A stretch of DNA of 64,000 nt from a virus. The translations under genes were made by a program, and so were the position numbers. The stretch covers positions 8,436 through 72,435 of the IMG/VR virus record IMGVR_UViG_3300028837_001398. The stretch is one strand, 5' to 3'. Shown in pieces: positions 54,275 to 63,950 of the stretch; position 1 is the first letter of the stretch, and each line of letters begins with the position of its first letter. The notes below the pieces were generated by a model, which searched no databases, had not been told where the DNA came from, and worked only from the letters and a program-made list of their open reading frames with translations.

Positions 54275-54914
54275 CGTCAGCCTCCCCCGGCAGGTCGCGG
54301 GGCTCGCCGAAGAGTCGCCCGCATGTCTGGCATTCCGCGGTATGATCTACGGCTTGCGAGTCATGGCAGAGAGGACAGAACAACAGACCGTTTGGTGCAT
54401 CTGGTGGCCGGATGAGATATGGCCGCACCTTCTCCGGCTCCAGCTTGTCGGGGAGGCCGCGGATGGCGTAGGTGCCCTCTGGACCTTCTCCATCGAGGAG
54501 GCCAACCACCATCTTCCCTATCACGCCGCAATCCCGAATACGCATTTCCCCAAATGTGTCCACCTCCACCACCCGCTCCCCCTCACGCTCGGTGCGACGC
54601 TGATCCGCGAGGCGGCCCATATCGCCGATGTGTTCTCGTAACTGCTTGAGTTCCTCACGCATCTGCGCGAGTTCGGCGCGGGCGGCGACGAGAGTTTCAC
54701 ACGTAGCGAGTAGGCCCAGGGCATCATCCAACGCCCCCTTGAACTTCTCGCTGTCGGAGAGCGCTATCACCGTGATAGGACCCTCCATGTCGTAGACGCC
54801 GAGGGCACGTAAAATCTGGAATGCCTGGTTCGTGGTCCCGTCCGCTAGCTTGCCGTCAATGAGCCAACCGCGTTCGGTCTGCCCGGTCCTGCGCTCGATC
54901 TTCACGCTCTTCAT
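54267..54914 (-). CDS. Hypothetical protein with C-terminal Zn ribbon
   Basis: Coiled coil plus CPLC...CQTCG. Confidence 0.55.
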   Translation of the reverse strand: MKSVKIERRTGQTERGWLIDGKLADGTTNQAFQILRALGVYDMEGPITVIALSDSEKFKGALDDALGLLATCETLVAARAELAQMREELKQLREHIGDMGRLADQRRTEREGERVVEVDTFGEMRIRDCGVIGKMVVGLLDGEGPEGTYAIRGLPDKLEPEKVRPYLIRPPDAPNGLLFCPLCHDSQAVDHTAECQTCGRLFGEPRDLPGEADDE

Positions 54915-54915
54915 C

Positions 54916-56649
54916 TCACGCCTCCAGTAGGAACTCCGCCAGCCTCACCAGCCCGTCGCTCTCCACCGCCAAGCCGTTGCGTTTGAGCTGGCCGAGGTAT
55001 GTGCTGAACGTCCCGCTCTTCTTCAACCCCGCCGTCTGCCCGAGCTGCTCCCTCGTCATCCCCCGGCCCCGGTCCTCAACTAGGCTATCGAGCATCCGGC
55101 GCGCCCCGGCCCTGAAAACCTGCCGCCACTCTTCGAGGGTCTCGCCCGCCGTCATGGGATCTCTGGCAGCATCCCCTACCATCGCCAGCCCGGCATCCGT
55201 GATTCGCACCTCATTGCCCTCGCGGCTGATCAACCCGTGTCGCACCAGTTCGCTGAGGTAAGTATCTGAGGTTCCTGACTTCCGCAGCCGCGCCATCGTC
55301 CGAAGCTGGCTCACAGTCATCGAGCCCAGGTGGTAGCGGGCCAGCGCCTCGACCATCCGGCGGGCGCCGGCGCGGGGGCGGTAGTCACCGTCAACTGCTG
55401 GCACGGATTGGGGAGGATTGGCACTTCGTGGAGCAGGAATGGAGGGGGGCCGTTCCCGTCGCGCTGCCGCAACCGTGCGCTTTTGGACCTCCCACGGCTC
55501 AGGCGGCTCGATCTTCGGAGGCTCGGCTGGCAGTTCTCCGACAGCCCTGGAAATCGAGAGCGCATGACTCTGCACAGTCTTCATCGCCTTGGAAAGGCAC
55601 GCCACCTCCGCCAGGGCCGCCGTGAGCTTCGCCTCCCAGGCGAGATCCCGACGCGTCATGTGCTCGGCCAACTGCTCCTCGGTGATTCCGACCTTTTCAA
55701 CCGGACGGCGCCGCAACTCGGCCCCGAGTTCCCCCATCCGTGTCCGCAGGCTCACCAGCTCGTTCGCCTCCTCCTCGGCCTCCCGCGGGATGTCCACGAG
55801 CCTCGCCAGCATCGCCTTGACCTTCGCAGACGGGGGCGCCGGCCCCGGCAAGGCTTTCCGCCCGCCAGCGATCTGCGGATGCTGGGTCTTCACCCCGCCC
55901 ACCCGCACGAGGGTGCGCGCCTGCTGCGAAAAGGCGCGGCCCATGCACCAGAAGTCGCCTGGCTTCAGCCGCATGAGTCCTGCCTTCAATTCCCGTTCCG
56001 CGGTGCGGCTGTCGGCACCGAGTATCTCCACGCTCCGCCGGCGATCAATATCCTGGAAGGTCGGACCCACCATCACGTTCGTGCATTGCGCCGCGGCCTG
56101 CTTATCCAGGTTGCTGACCCGCTGTGTCGCGAGCACTGCACAAAATCCCCGCTTGCGGCCCCGTGTGCAGAGATCAATCACCGCCTCCGCCGACTCGGCC
56201 TGCCCTTTCTCGGGGCAGTAGGTGTGGGCCTCGTCGATCGCCACAAGGACAGGATGCCACAGCCGCTTCGGGGCGTTTATCATCGCATCGAGGAACAAGC
56301 GGACGAAGCGCTTCCGCTCTGCTGCCTTGAGTTCGTACAGGTCGCATACCGCGCTCACCTTCAGCTCGAGCAGATGCTCTGCCAGCTTCGCCGCGGTCTC
56401 TGGTCTGGCAGCAACATCGCCGCCCTTGCCAGCCAGCACGTAGTCAAGTTGCCCCCGCAACGACGGGAACTCGCCCTCGGGATACAGGACGATCTGCTGG
56501 ACCTGCCCATGCGTCTGCTCTAGGATCCGGCGCAGCGCCCAGGACTTGCCTCCGCCGCTTGTCGCCGTTACCAGCAACCGTGTCGCGACCAAGGTATCCA
56601 GGTCGAGATCGAGCGGCCGCTTCGTCTCGGTAATCGTTCCGAGCCTCAT
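54916..56649 (-). CDS. HerA/FtsK-family (DUF87-like) ATPase with coiled coil and two C-terminal winged-helix repeats
   Basis: ATSGGGKS, IDEAH, RGRKRG and ATQR motifs; repeated GARRM...KSGT..TYL..L.R.GL. Confidence 0.85.
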   Translation of the reverse strand: MRLGTITETKRPLDLDLDTLVATRLLVTATSGGGKSWALRRILEQTHGQVQQIVLYPEGEFPSLRGQLDYVLAGKGGDVAARPETAAKLAEHLLELKVSAVCDLYELKAAERKRFVRLFLDAMINAPKRLWHPVLVAIDEAHTYCPEKGQAESAEAVIDLCTRGRKRGFCAVLATQRVSNLDKQAAAQCTNVMVGPTFQDIDRRRSVEILGADSRTAERELKAGLMRLKPGDFWCMGRAFSQQARTLVRVGGVKTQHPQIAGGRKALPGPAPPSAKVKAMLARLVDIPREAEEEANELVSLRTRMGELGAELRRRPVEKVGITEEQLAEHMTRRDLAWEAKLTAALAEVACLSKAMKTVQSHALSISRAVGELPAEPPKIEPPEPWEVQKRTVAAARRERPPSIPAPRSANPPQSVPAVDGDYRPRAGARRMVEALARYHLGSMTVSQLRTMARLRKSGTSDTYLSELVRHGLISREGNEVRITDAGLAMVGDAARDPMTAGETLEEWRQVFRAGARRMLDSLVEDRGRGMTREQLGQTAGLKKSGTFSTYLGQLKRNGLAVESDGLVRLAEFLLEA

Positions 56650-57155
56650 GCCCTTTCCTCGATTCTCGACGGCCGATAGCCGCACCGCGGGCAAAACCCA
56701 GGGTCATTGCCGCGCGCCGCCATTCGCCAGATGACCTCGAAGCGCGCCGCCATCGTCGGCCGCAACCGTCTGGCACGTTGCACAATGCAACAGGCACCCA
56801 CGGCTGAAACCTCGATGTGTCCGACTTGCCGCCGCCAATCGCCACCCCGAGGGCCTCGCCACTCCTCGAACTCTCCTGGCCTGAGGAGCCCCTCCGGAGT
56901 GACGAGGTAGAACCAGTCACAGTGCTGCATATAGTGAGCGATGTTCCCCGCGTTCGCCTGCCAGTCCGACCGCGCGACCTTCACCTCGGCACCCAGGATT
57001 TCGCCCCAATGATTCAGCCCCACGACATCCAGCCGCTTCCCGGAATCGAGGCCGAGTTCAAGCGTCAGCGCCTGGCAAAGTCGGCGCCGCCCAAATACAT
57101 CGAGGGCGACAGCGCCGCCGACGGCCCGCGCATCCGATAGGTTGATCTCGCTCAC
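56646..57155 (-). CDS. MmcB-like PD-(D/E)XK nuclease
   Basis: E...RLDVV...EVKVARSDW...Y...CD.FYLVTP motif. Confidence 0.75.
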   Translation of the reverse strand: MSEINLSDARAVGGAVALDVFGRRRLCQALTLELGLDSGKRLDVVGLNHWGEILGAEVKVARSDWQANAGNIAHYMQHCDWFYLVTPEGLLRPGEFEEWRGPRGGDWRRQVGHIEVSAVGACCIVQRARRLRPTMAARFEVIWRMAARGNDPGFCPRCGYRPSRIEERA

Positions 57156-57949
57156 TGTCGCCTCCTCCGATAGTCTGCGGCCTCCGTGTCTCCGTCCGCC
57201 ATCGGCACAACTTGGCACATCCCGTAGAGCCGGCTCACTACTCGGCGGCCGAGGTGTTCCTCGAGTTCCTCCTCGCCAAGGTCCGTTGTCGCAATCAGGG
57301 GCCGGCCCGCTATCTCCCGTTCGTCGAAAACGCTGACCAGCTCCTCCGCGTCCCAGCCGCCGCGCCGCCGCGCCACCGCGCCGAGATCGTCCAGCACCAG
57401 CAGATCGACAGACCCCATCAAGTGCCGTAGCGAGTCCGCGTCCATTGTTCGCTCGGGGTTAGAGAAGGCCGCCCTCATCCGCCGCAGATAGCCAGCGAAC
57501 GTGACGAACGCCCCGGTCAACCGGAGGTGTCCATCAAGTACCGCGTTGAGCACCGCCGTCGCGAGGTGCGTCTTGCCAGAGCCATTCCTGCCGACGAACA
57601 GAATCCCCCGGTGGGGCAACTCCTCGCAGGCCCCGAATGTACCGGCCGCCCGGAGGGCAGAGGCCGTCCCCGGAACAGGCTCGAATGCCTGCAAGGTCTG
57701 CTCGCGCCGCAACCCGTCGAGCCCGGCATGTTCCAGCCGCTCGCGTAGACAGCGGCGCCGCTCGGCCTCCGCCTTCTCGCTACGCCGCCGCCGTTCGTCT
57801 CGATCAAGACACGCCGCGCACCTCGTGCCGCGGAGCCAGCGCGGCTGTCGCCCCGGCCACCAGACGGCCTCAACCTCAGCACCGCACTTGCACTGGAGCG
57901 GTTCTGGCTTTGGCGCGGCATTCCGGGGCGGCCCGATAATCTCGGCCAT
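57152..57949 (-). CDS. DnaC/IstB-like helicase loader ATPase
   Basis: GRNGSGKTHLA, LLVLDDLG and RVVSRL motifs. Confidence 0.9.
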   Translation of the reverse strand: MAEIIGPPRNAAPKPEPLQCKCGAEVEAVWWPGRQPRWLRGTRCAACLDRDERRRRSEKAEAERRRCLRERLEHAGLDGLRREQTLQAFEPVPGTASALRAAGTFGACEELPHRGILFVGRNGSGKTHLATAVLNAVLDGHLRLTGAFVTFAGYLRRMRAAFSNPERTMDADSLRHLMGSVDLLVLDDLGAVARRRGGWDAEELVSVFDEREIAGRPLIATTDLGEEELEEHLGRRVVSRLYGMCQVVPMADGDTEAADYRRRRQ

Positions 57950-57950
57950 G

Positions 57951-58772
57951 CTAGCCCGGCCTCCAGCCCCGCGCCGCGCCCTGCTTGGGCTTTCCCTGCC
58001 GTTTTCGCTCATCTTCATCATCCCATTGCTTCTGTTTTCGGAACCAGTTCCAGAGCTCTGAGCGTGGTCTTGAGCCCGGTTTCAGCGGGTCATCCAGCCG
58101 CCGCGTCACCCATGCGGCAACGACGTGCGTCACAAGTTCCCGGCCATACAGCCCCACAGCCCGCTCGAGCAGGCCAATGTCCTCCTGTCGGTCGGGATGA
58201 TATCCGGGCACCGAGTACAGTTGCTGCAGGATATCTGCCCATTCTGGCGGCAGATCAGCCCCCTCCCCCTGCACCCCCTCCCCTCCCTCCTGGCCTCTTC
58301 CTCCTCCTCCCTCTTGAGGGAGGGAGTAACAACTGAGAGACTCGCGAAGCATGCCGGAATATCTCGCGAAGAACTCGCGAGTCTTTAGCGAACACCTCGC
58401 GAGCGTTCTTCTCGGCGGAACGGGCTCTCGGCTGAGGCTTGGGTTGCCAATAGTTTGCTCGTCCCCCCACCGAGGGAAGATAGCCCACTTCAGCCCGGAT
58501 CGCCGGTCTTTCCATGTGAGCCACTGGCCCTCTTTCTCCAGCAGCTCCAGCGCCCGGGCGATCTTCCTGGCTGGAGCCAGATCGAGAACGCGCTTGAAGC
58601 CTTCGACGCGTACGACCTCCGCATCTGGCTGGAAAACACCGAAGTCATTTGCGATGATGCCCCAGCATACGTCGTACACCTGCCTCGGTATCAGGTCGCC
58701 CATCGCGTGACAACAACGTGCGATAGTAGGGCTGTCAAAGCGCTCCGGATTCGCTAACCGTCTCCTCGCCAC
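57951..58772 (-). CDS. Putative phage replication initiator
   Basis: MARRRL N-terminus with ANDFG (winged-helix-like), linker and C-terminal helical domain; directly upstream of the DnaC-like gene. Confidence 0.65.
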   Translation of the reverse strand: MARRRLANPERFDSPTIARCCHAMGDLIPRQVYDVCWGIIANDFGVFQPDAEVVRVEGFKRVLDLAPARKIARALELLEKEGQWLTWKDRRSGLKWAIFPRWGDEQTIGNPSLSREPVPPRRTLARCSLKTREFFARYSGMLRESLSCYSLPQEGGGGRGQEGGEGVQGEGADLPPEWADILQQLYSVPGYHPDRQEDIGLLERAVGLYGRELVTHVVAAWVTRRLDDPLKPGSRPRSELWNWFRKQKQWDDEDERKRQGKPKQGAARGWRPG

Positions 58773-58838
58773 TGCTTCCTCCGCTACTTCAATCGTTGCT
58801 GCTAACCCTGGCCCGCTACTCGGCCCGTGCGCACTACA

Positions 58839-59264
58839 TCACAAGCTGTAGGATGCGGCCGCCTCGTTCGCGCGGTCCCTCTCGTTTGCGGCCGCGTTCA
58901 TGTGATTCCAGAACGCCGTGACCTCTGCCCGGAAGTCAAAATTGAGCAGTGGCGGATCAGGCCCTACCGCGATAACGGCCTGCAACCGCTTCGATTGCCG
59001 GATCGCGGCCAGGATACATGCGGGGCAGTCGCGGGACACATCGCGCAGATCATTCATTCCCGCGGCCCAGTCATCGCCATGACGTTCCAGCGCCGCGACA
59101 AGTTCCTCCATCGGCGCTTGCCGTTGCCCCGCTGCCTCACAGAAGCCGCATACGCGCTTCGGATTCAGCGTACAACCCTTCTCGTGTCTCGCCATGTGGC
59201 CGCCATGCCCACCAGACTTCTTGCAGAAATCGCAGTAGTACCGCCAGCGTTGCTTTCTCGTCAC
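58839..59264 (-). CDS. Hypothetical Cys-rich phage protein
   Basis: YYCDFCKK...HE..C..NP...C.FC and CPACILAAIRQ motifs. Confidence 0.65.
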   Translation of the reverse strand: MTRKQRWRYYCDFCKKSGGHGGHMARHEKGCTLNPKRVCGFCEAAGQRQAPMEELVAALERHGDDWAAGMNDLRDVSRDCPACILAAIRQSKRLQAVIAVGPDPPLLNFDFRAEVTAFWNHMNAAANERDRANEAAASYSL

Positions 59265-59276
59265 AAGCTCATCTCC

Positions 59277-60263
59277 TCAGAACAGCGCGCTTTCCTCCAT
59301 GTAAGCCCTCACGAACGCTTCCGCTTGCGGAGCACAGAGGGCGTTTCCGTAGGCGCGCAATCGTCCCACTCTGCCGGCAATCCCATGAGCCAGCGGGAAT
59401 GTGCCGGGTTCAACTGGGCGGCTTTTCCCGTCCCGGCAGGCGACCCAATCGGCGCGCGACCAGAAGCCAGAGCCGCAATATCCAGAAGCGTCATCCCCGT
59501 GTTCCGTCCCCGCAGCCTCTTCTGTCCCGGGCACTCCGGAGCCCGGCGTGTCGCATCGCACGCGCCCGGGGTAGGCCACCCGGCAAGGCCGGCTTGAGCC
59601 CGGAGGTTGATCCTCGGATGGTCCTGCCTGAATACCGTCTCGCAGGGGCCCCCCTCCCCGTCGCTCAGTGACGGAGTTCGCCACCCGGCTAGGCAGGCCA
59701 CTTCGTTCAGCGGCCTCGCGTTCTTCCCGTGCTGGTTGCTCCTGCCGTCCCGGAAGTCCCGCGCCGCCGGACTCGGCCACCCAGTACAACCGCTGCCTGA
59801 TCTGCGGAGCACCGAAGCCCGCAGCGCAGGTATCAACCGTCCCGACCCTGTAACCCGCTCCCTCCAGGTCAGTCGATACAAGATCGAGCCAGTCGAAAGC
59901 ATTCGCAACCTGTTCGCCAAGGATAACGCCAGGGCGACACTGCTCGATGAGCCAGAACCAGGCCGGCCATAGGTGCCGCTCGTCAGTAAACCCCGTTCTT
60001 TTGCCTGCCTGGGAGAAAGGTTGACATGGGCATGATCCCGTCCAGACGGGGCGGTCATCCGGCCATCCCGCCTCCCTGAGCGCGTGGCTCCAGATTCCGA
60101 TCCCGGCGAACCAGTGGACTTGTGCGAACCCCTGCACGTCTTCCGGCCGAACGTCTCGGATGTCACGCTCGTCTACCTCTCCTAGTGCTATCAGATCCGC
60201 CGCCATGAGATTCCTGAGCCACTGCGCGGCGAACGGCTCGTTCTCGTTGTAGTATATGCTCAC
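59277..60263 (-). CDS. DNA cytosine-5 methyltransferase, alpha polypeptide
   Basis: FAGIG (I), SCPCQPFS (IV), EQV (VI), QIRQRL (VIII) and LRAYGNA (X) motifs. Confidence 0.92.
   Translation of the reverse strand: MSIYYNENEPFAAQWLRNLMAADLIALGEVDERDIRDVRPEDVQGFAQVHWFAGIGIWSHALREAGWPDDRPVWTGSCPCQPFSQAGKRTGFTDERHLWPAWFWLIEQCRPGVILGEQVANAFDWLDLVSTDLEGAGYRVGTVDTCAAGFGAPQIRQRLYWVAESGGAGLPGRQEQPAREEREAAERSGLPSRVANSVTERRGGGPLRDGIQAGPSEDQPPGSSRPCRVAYPGRVRCDTPGSGVPGTEEAAGTEHGDDASGYCGSGFWSRADWVACRDGKSRPVEPGTFPLAHGIAGRVGRLRAYGNALCAPQAEAFVRAYMEESALF
59309..60166 (-). CDS. Overlapping alternative-frame polypeptide (putative beta subunit carrying TRD repeats and motif IX)
   Basis: Three GW(P/R)(S/T)P repeats and [16 protein letters not shown]; true start uncertain. 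Confidence 0.65.
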   Translation of the reverse strand: MTSETFGRKTCRGSHKSTGSPGSESGATRSGRRDGRMTAPSGRDHAHVNLSPRQAKERGLLTSGTYGRPGSGSSSSVALALSLANRLRMLSTGSILYRLTWRERVTGSGRLIPALRASVLRRSGSGCTGWPSPAARDFRDGRSNQHGKNARPLNEVACLAGWRTPSLSDGEGGPCETVFRQDHPRINLRAQAGLAGWPTPGACDATRRAPECPGQKRLRGRNTGMTLLDIAALASGRAPIGSPAGTGKAAQLNPAHSRWLMGLPAEWDDCAPTETPSVLRKRKRS

Positions 60264-60276
60264 TCATTCCCTCGCC

Positions 60277-60519
60277 CTAGAACAACCGGCCTGCCCGTCT
60301 CTCTTCCCTCAACGCCTCTACCATCTGCCGAAGCTCCTCGTCCTCCCCGACCGCCCACTCGACGAACTCGTCGTCCTGCTGCGCAAGCAACTCTGCAATC
60401 CTCTCCCTCGTCAATCGGCCCCGCCGCGTCGCGTCTCGCATAATCTCCCGCCAGCGCGGCCAGGGGTCGAAGGTCAAACCCGTCTCGATACGGTTTCCTT
60501 GGTCGCTGACTGGCATCAT
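60277..60519 (-). CDS. Hypothetical protein
   Basis: Coupled ORF. Confidence 0.5.
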   Translation of the reverse strand: MMPVSDQGNRIETGLTFDPWPRWREIMRDATRRGRLTRERIAELLAQQDDEFVEWAVGEDEELRQMVEALREERRAGRLF

Positions 60520-61355
60520 CGCCCGCCCAGACTGTCGGCCCACTCTTCAAGATTGGCCTGTAGGTCCCGCTCTTCTGCCTGTGTCGCCGCGAACTCTGAC
60601 TTGTCAAGCGTCTCCAGAATGACCGCCTCCACCATCCCGCGCAGCACGTCCGGAGGCAGCGCGTCCAGCTCCACCGCCACATCCCCGTGGCGCGCGACGA
60701 AGGCCGGGGTCCTCGTGTCGCTCCGCTTCGCCATCGCTGGCGGAAGGTGGTGCTCCTCGATCTGCGGCAGCGTCAGCGCCACCCATTCACACTCCACGTC
60801 GGCCCCATAACGCGCCAGTCGCTCCCGCAGGTCACGCTCCATGTCCTCCCCGCTAGGGTCGAAGTCGCCGAAGTAGCAGACCCGCACCGGCTTGTCTGCC
60901 GCCATCCGCGCTAGGTGGCCGGCCCCATCGAACATGAAGGTGGCCGAAGAGTAGCCGCGCCCCGCCATCACCCGTACCGCGTAGGGCTCACATACTCGCC
61001 GGACCACCTCCGACAGGGCCTGCTTCTCCAACCATATCTCCAGGTAGGCTGGCTGCCGCTCCCAGACGTCGAGCCGGAAGGCCTGTCTCACCGTCTCCGC
61101 GAAGTCGCCAAGCCCCGCCCAGGTGGTCGGCACAATCGGTGCCCGCGTCAGATCCATGATGGAATCCCACGCGATCTGCCCTCCCTCCCTCGCGCGGGCC
61201 AGCTTATCCGAGAGCTGGTTGTACTCGGAGCGCGTGTTGTCCAACACCTGCATCGCGACTAGCCGGTAGAAGACCTGCCGGAGCGTGAGGGCGAACTCAT
61301 ATTCGCCCATGATCTCTTGCACCCGGCCTATCACCTCAGCCCAACGCCTTCGCAT
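60516..61355 (-). CDS. Topoisomerase VI-A/Spo11-like winged-helix plus TOPRIM protein
   Basis: TLRQVFYRL, EIWLEKQAL, RGYSS, YFGDFDPSG and ELDAL motifs. Confidence 0.8.
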   Translation of the reverse strand: MRRRWAEVIGRVQEIMGEYEFALTLRQVFYRLVAMQVLDNTRSEYNQLSDKLARAREGGQIAWDSIMDLTRAPIVPTTWAGLGDFAETVRQAFRLDVWERQPAYLEIWLEKQALSEVVRRVCEPYAVRVMAGRGYSSATFMFDGAGHLARMAADKPVRVCYFGDFDPSGEDMERDLRERLARYGADVECEWVALTLPQIEEHHLPPAMAKRSDTRTPAFVARHGDVAVELDALPPDVLRGMVEAVILETLDKSEFAATQAEERDLQANLEEWADSLGGR

Positions 61356-61369
61356 TCATTCCTCCAAGC

Positions 61370-61978
61370 CTACGTCTCCCCGAACAGGTCCGGCTGTCCG
61401 TCGCTTTCCGGCTGCCTCGCGTTCCCGCTCAAGCAAATGTGGGAGGGTCGGCTCCGGTTTGGCTGCGCACCCTCGCTAACCCCCAATGGCCCACGCGGGT
61501 TGGGCTTCGCTGAGGTGTTATCGCAGGCCGACCCTCCTCGCAAGTCCGCTTCTCTCCGCTCGATCTCAGCCGCGGTCCGCTCCTTGTGCGCCTCCAGGTC
61601 CGGCGGCTCGTAAGTCACCTCGGCATTGCCTTGGCACATCACAACCTTTGCCCGTCCCCTCTGCCATGCCGCGTGCGGCCGCGGTATCATCTCGCGTGTC
61701 ACGGTCCACAGTCGGTGATCTGCCCCGGCGGTCCTCTCCTCATAATCGACCTGCATGTACTGCCAGCAGAATCCGTGCCTGAGACCCGCCGCCTTCGCAT
61801 TGCGAGCAACCGCATTGGCGTTGTCGTAAGCGGCCAGCTCGCCGAGAATGTCCTGCGACCGGCCGCGCACGCCATCCAGCAGCTCGCGCCCGTTCACCCA
61901 CCCGCCGCGCAGGACGGCCAGGGCAACGTCAACCTTCCCTGGTCGGCCCGCACGGGTTGTGGTGGGGGCGGTGGGCAT
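61370..61978 (-). CDS. Hypothetical protein
   Basis: Co-oriented ORF. Confidence 0.5.
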   Translation of the reverse strand: MPTAPTTTRAGRPGKVDVALAVLRGGWVNGRELLDGVRGRSQDILGELAAYDNANAVARNAKAAGLRHGFCWQYMQVDYEERTAGADHRLWTVTREMIPRPHAAWQRGRAKVVMCQGNAEVTYEPPDLEAHKERTAAEIERREADLRGGSACDNTSAKPNPRGPLGVSEGAQPNRSRPSHICLSGNARQPESDGQPDLFGET

Positions 61979-61982
61979 GGGG

Positions 61983-62282
61983 CTAGACTATCTCCGGTAT
62001 GGGCGGGGGGCCATAGGCCGCGACGTCGAGAAAGCCGCACAATCCCTCGAAAGGCTCCCGTTTGCGCTGTGGAGCCCGGATGCGCTCCCCAAGCACGACG
62101 TCGGCGCGGGTACCAATCTGCCTCTTGAGGCGGAAGATGCTGCCATCTGGATTCAGCACCGCCAGGGCCAACCGCCGATCCTGGTGTCGCTCCAGCGTTG
62201 TGATGCTGCCGCCGCCCTTCAGTGACCCCACGAGTATAAGGTCAGTCTGCGTCTTACCCTTGAGTCTGATCTTGTAAGCCAC
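61983..62282 (-). CDS. Hypothetical protein
   Basis: Co-oriented ORF with RBS. Confidence 0.5.
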   Translation of the reverse strand: MAYKIRLKGKTQTDLILVGSLKGGGSITTLERHQDRRLALAVLNPDGSIFRLKRQIGTRADVVLGERIRAPQRKREPFEGLCGFLDVAAYGPPPIPEIV

Positions 62283-62454
62283 CTGTCAGTCTCCCTTCGC
62301 AGTCCCGGCCTCGCATGCGATCGAACACCCCAGCCGCGTCGCCCCGTAGTGCAGCGAGTTTGGGTTCGCGCACTTGCCCGCGTTGCCGTCCGGGTTGGCT
62401 GGCTGCCAGAACTCGCAAGCGCCGCAACGGTCGGGATCCCGGGGATGGCTTTTC

Positions 62455-63579
62455 TCACTCAGAAGCGGCATCGGGATCAGGCTCCGGTTGGTCGTCGTCG
62501 GACTCAGCGGCCTCGCCGGTCTCTTCCGAATGCTCCTCCGCATCCTCGGTCGCCGCGGCCATGATCGCTAGCGCTGGGCCCAGCAGAATGAATGCCGCGC
62601 CGCTCTCACCGCCCAACGTCACGCGCAGATTGTGCAACTCACCCGAAGGTGCAAAGTGATACTCCTCACCCGGGTATCCGCCGAAGTCGGCCAGCGGCAT
62701 TGCTCGCCAAGCCATGAACGTCACCGGATCGGCGGACGTGATCTCGGTGATGGCATACTGCACGCCGCCAATTTCGACCAGGCCCTTGACGATGCCATCG
62801 GTGCACGGGTCGCTTTCGGCATCCGCGAGTTCGTCAACGCGATCAGGCGTCACATGGATGCCGCTCGGCACATCCGCCTTGCGCTCAGGATTCTCTCGGG
62901 CGGGCGGCTCGACGAATGCCAGCCTCCCGTCGCCGCACTCCGGACAGACCCGCCCGGCCTTGATGTCCTCATTCCTGGTGGATAGCTCGAAGCCGCACTT
63001 CTCGCACCGCACCAACCGGAAGGTCGTCTCCGAGAGTTTATCCGGGCGGATCCGGCCCTTGCCCTCGCAGGCAGGGCAGGCACCCTCCACGTCCTCGTCG
63101 CCCTCGTGCCCGATGATCGCGATGCCGCTGCCCGAGCAGTCGGGACACATGACCAGCGCCTTTTCGGCTTCACCGTCATCCCCGAACATGTCGAGCTGGT
63201 CGGCATCCGCTCTGGTCGGTTCCTCCGGGACAGGAGTCAGCGTGACCGAGACCGCGCTGTTCGCGAAGCCCTTGACTCGCTGATGCAGTTCGTACAGGTT
63301 GCCGTGGCTGACAGTCAGGCCGACCTTGAACTGGTCCTGGCTGTCGCTGTTGGTGCTGACCTGGGGGTTCTTCAGCACCGCCCGGAAGGACACTGATCTC
63401 CCTGCTTGGCGGGCGATCTGCCCCGCGTCCTCGTCGGTGATTCGCGGTTCTTCCTCGCCCTGTCCGTCCTCCGCCGCGGCCGTCGCCACGGGCTGCTCCT
63501 CCGGTTCCTGCGTCTCCTCTGTCGGCCCCTCCGGTCGTTTGTCCGTTGGTTCAGCGGTCACGGGATTCTGCCTCCTCAC
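62455..63579 (-). CDS. Acidic protein with DnaJ-type CxxCxGxG and Zn-ribbon motifs
   Basis: CPDCSGSG...CPACEGKG and CEKCG...CPECG. Confidence 0.65.
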   Translation of the reverse strand: MRRQNPVTAEPTDKRPEGPTEETQEPEEQPVATAAAEDGQGEEEPRITDEDAGQIARQAGRSVSFRAVLKNPQVSTNSDSQDQFKVGLTVSHGNLYELHQRVKGFANSAVSVTLTPVPEEPTRADADQLDMFGDDGEAEKALVMCPDCSGSGIAIIGHEGDEDVEGACPACEGKGRIRPDKLSETTFRLVRCEKCGFELSTRNEDIKAGRVCPECGDGRLAFVEPPARENPERKADVPSGIHVTPDRVDELADAESDPCTDGIVKGLVEIGGVQYAITEITSADPVTFMAWRAMPLADFGGYPGEEYHFAPSGELHNLRVTLGGESGAAFILLGPALAIMAAATEDAEEHSEETGEAAESDDDQPEPDPDAASE

Positions 63580-63889
63580 CTTGATCTGAGGTCTCGGCCA
63601 GGCCTAGCCCGGTGATGCGCCGCGCGATGAATCGTGCGTAGTTGGCTAGGTCAGCAGCGGCCTCGGCTACTGTGTTTGTGGAGTCTGTGCGGTTCTCGAC
63701 GGCAGCCAGTCCTTTAAGTGTGTCGAGATTCCGTTGGGCCCCGGCACACAGCGCCTCCACGTCCATGCGTCGGTGATGCTCAATGTCCCCGGAGCGCACC
63801 CTCGGGTCAGCGCCGCGCATCCGCCGCTCCATGTCCTGTCCTTGCTGCTTGATGTCCGGTCTGACTTGCACCGTCTTCGGTTGTGCCAC
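63551..63889 (-). CDS. Hypothetical protein
   Basis: AAGGAG RBS; EAAADLANYARFI resembles the dATP/dGTP diphosphohydrolase-like E.AD.AN helix. Confidence 0.5.
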   Translation of the reverse strand: MAQPKTVQVRPDIKQQGQDMERRMRGADPRVRSGDIEHHRRMDVEALCAGAQRNLDTLKGLAAVENRTDSTNTVAEAAADLANYARFIARRITGLGLAETSDQGEEAESRDR

Positions 63890-63950
63890 GTCTCGTCTCC
63901 TTTCAGCCTCGATGTAGTCCGTGTAGATGCATTTTTACGCTAAGTCAGTT

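Noticed and set aside
59277-60263. C5 methylase as the carboxy-SAM-using enzyme
   Set aside because: Motif X keeps GN with no basic substitution, and the gene is far from the cmoA-like gene
4077-63943. Numerous plus-strand ORFs opposite phage genes (e.g. 4077-5258, 25350-26618, 37744-38874, 55330-56523)
   Set aside because: No recognisable motifs; each lies antisense to a well-supported gene
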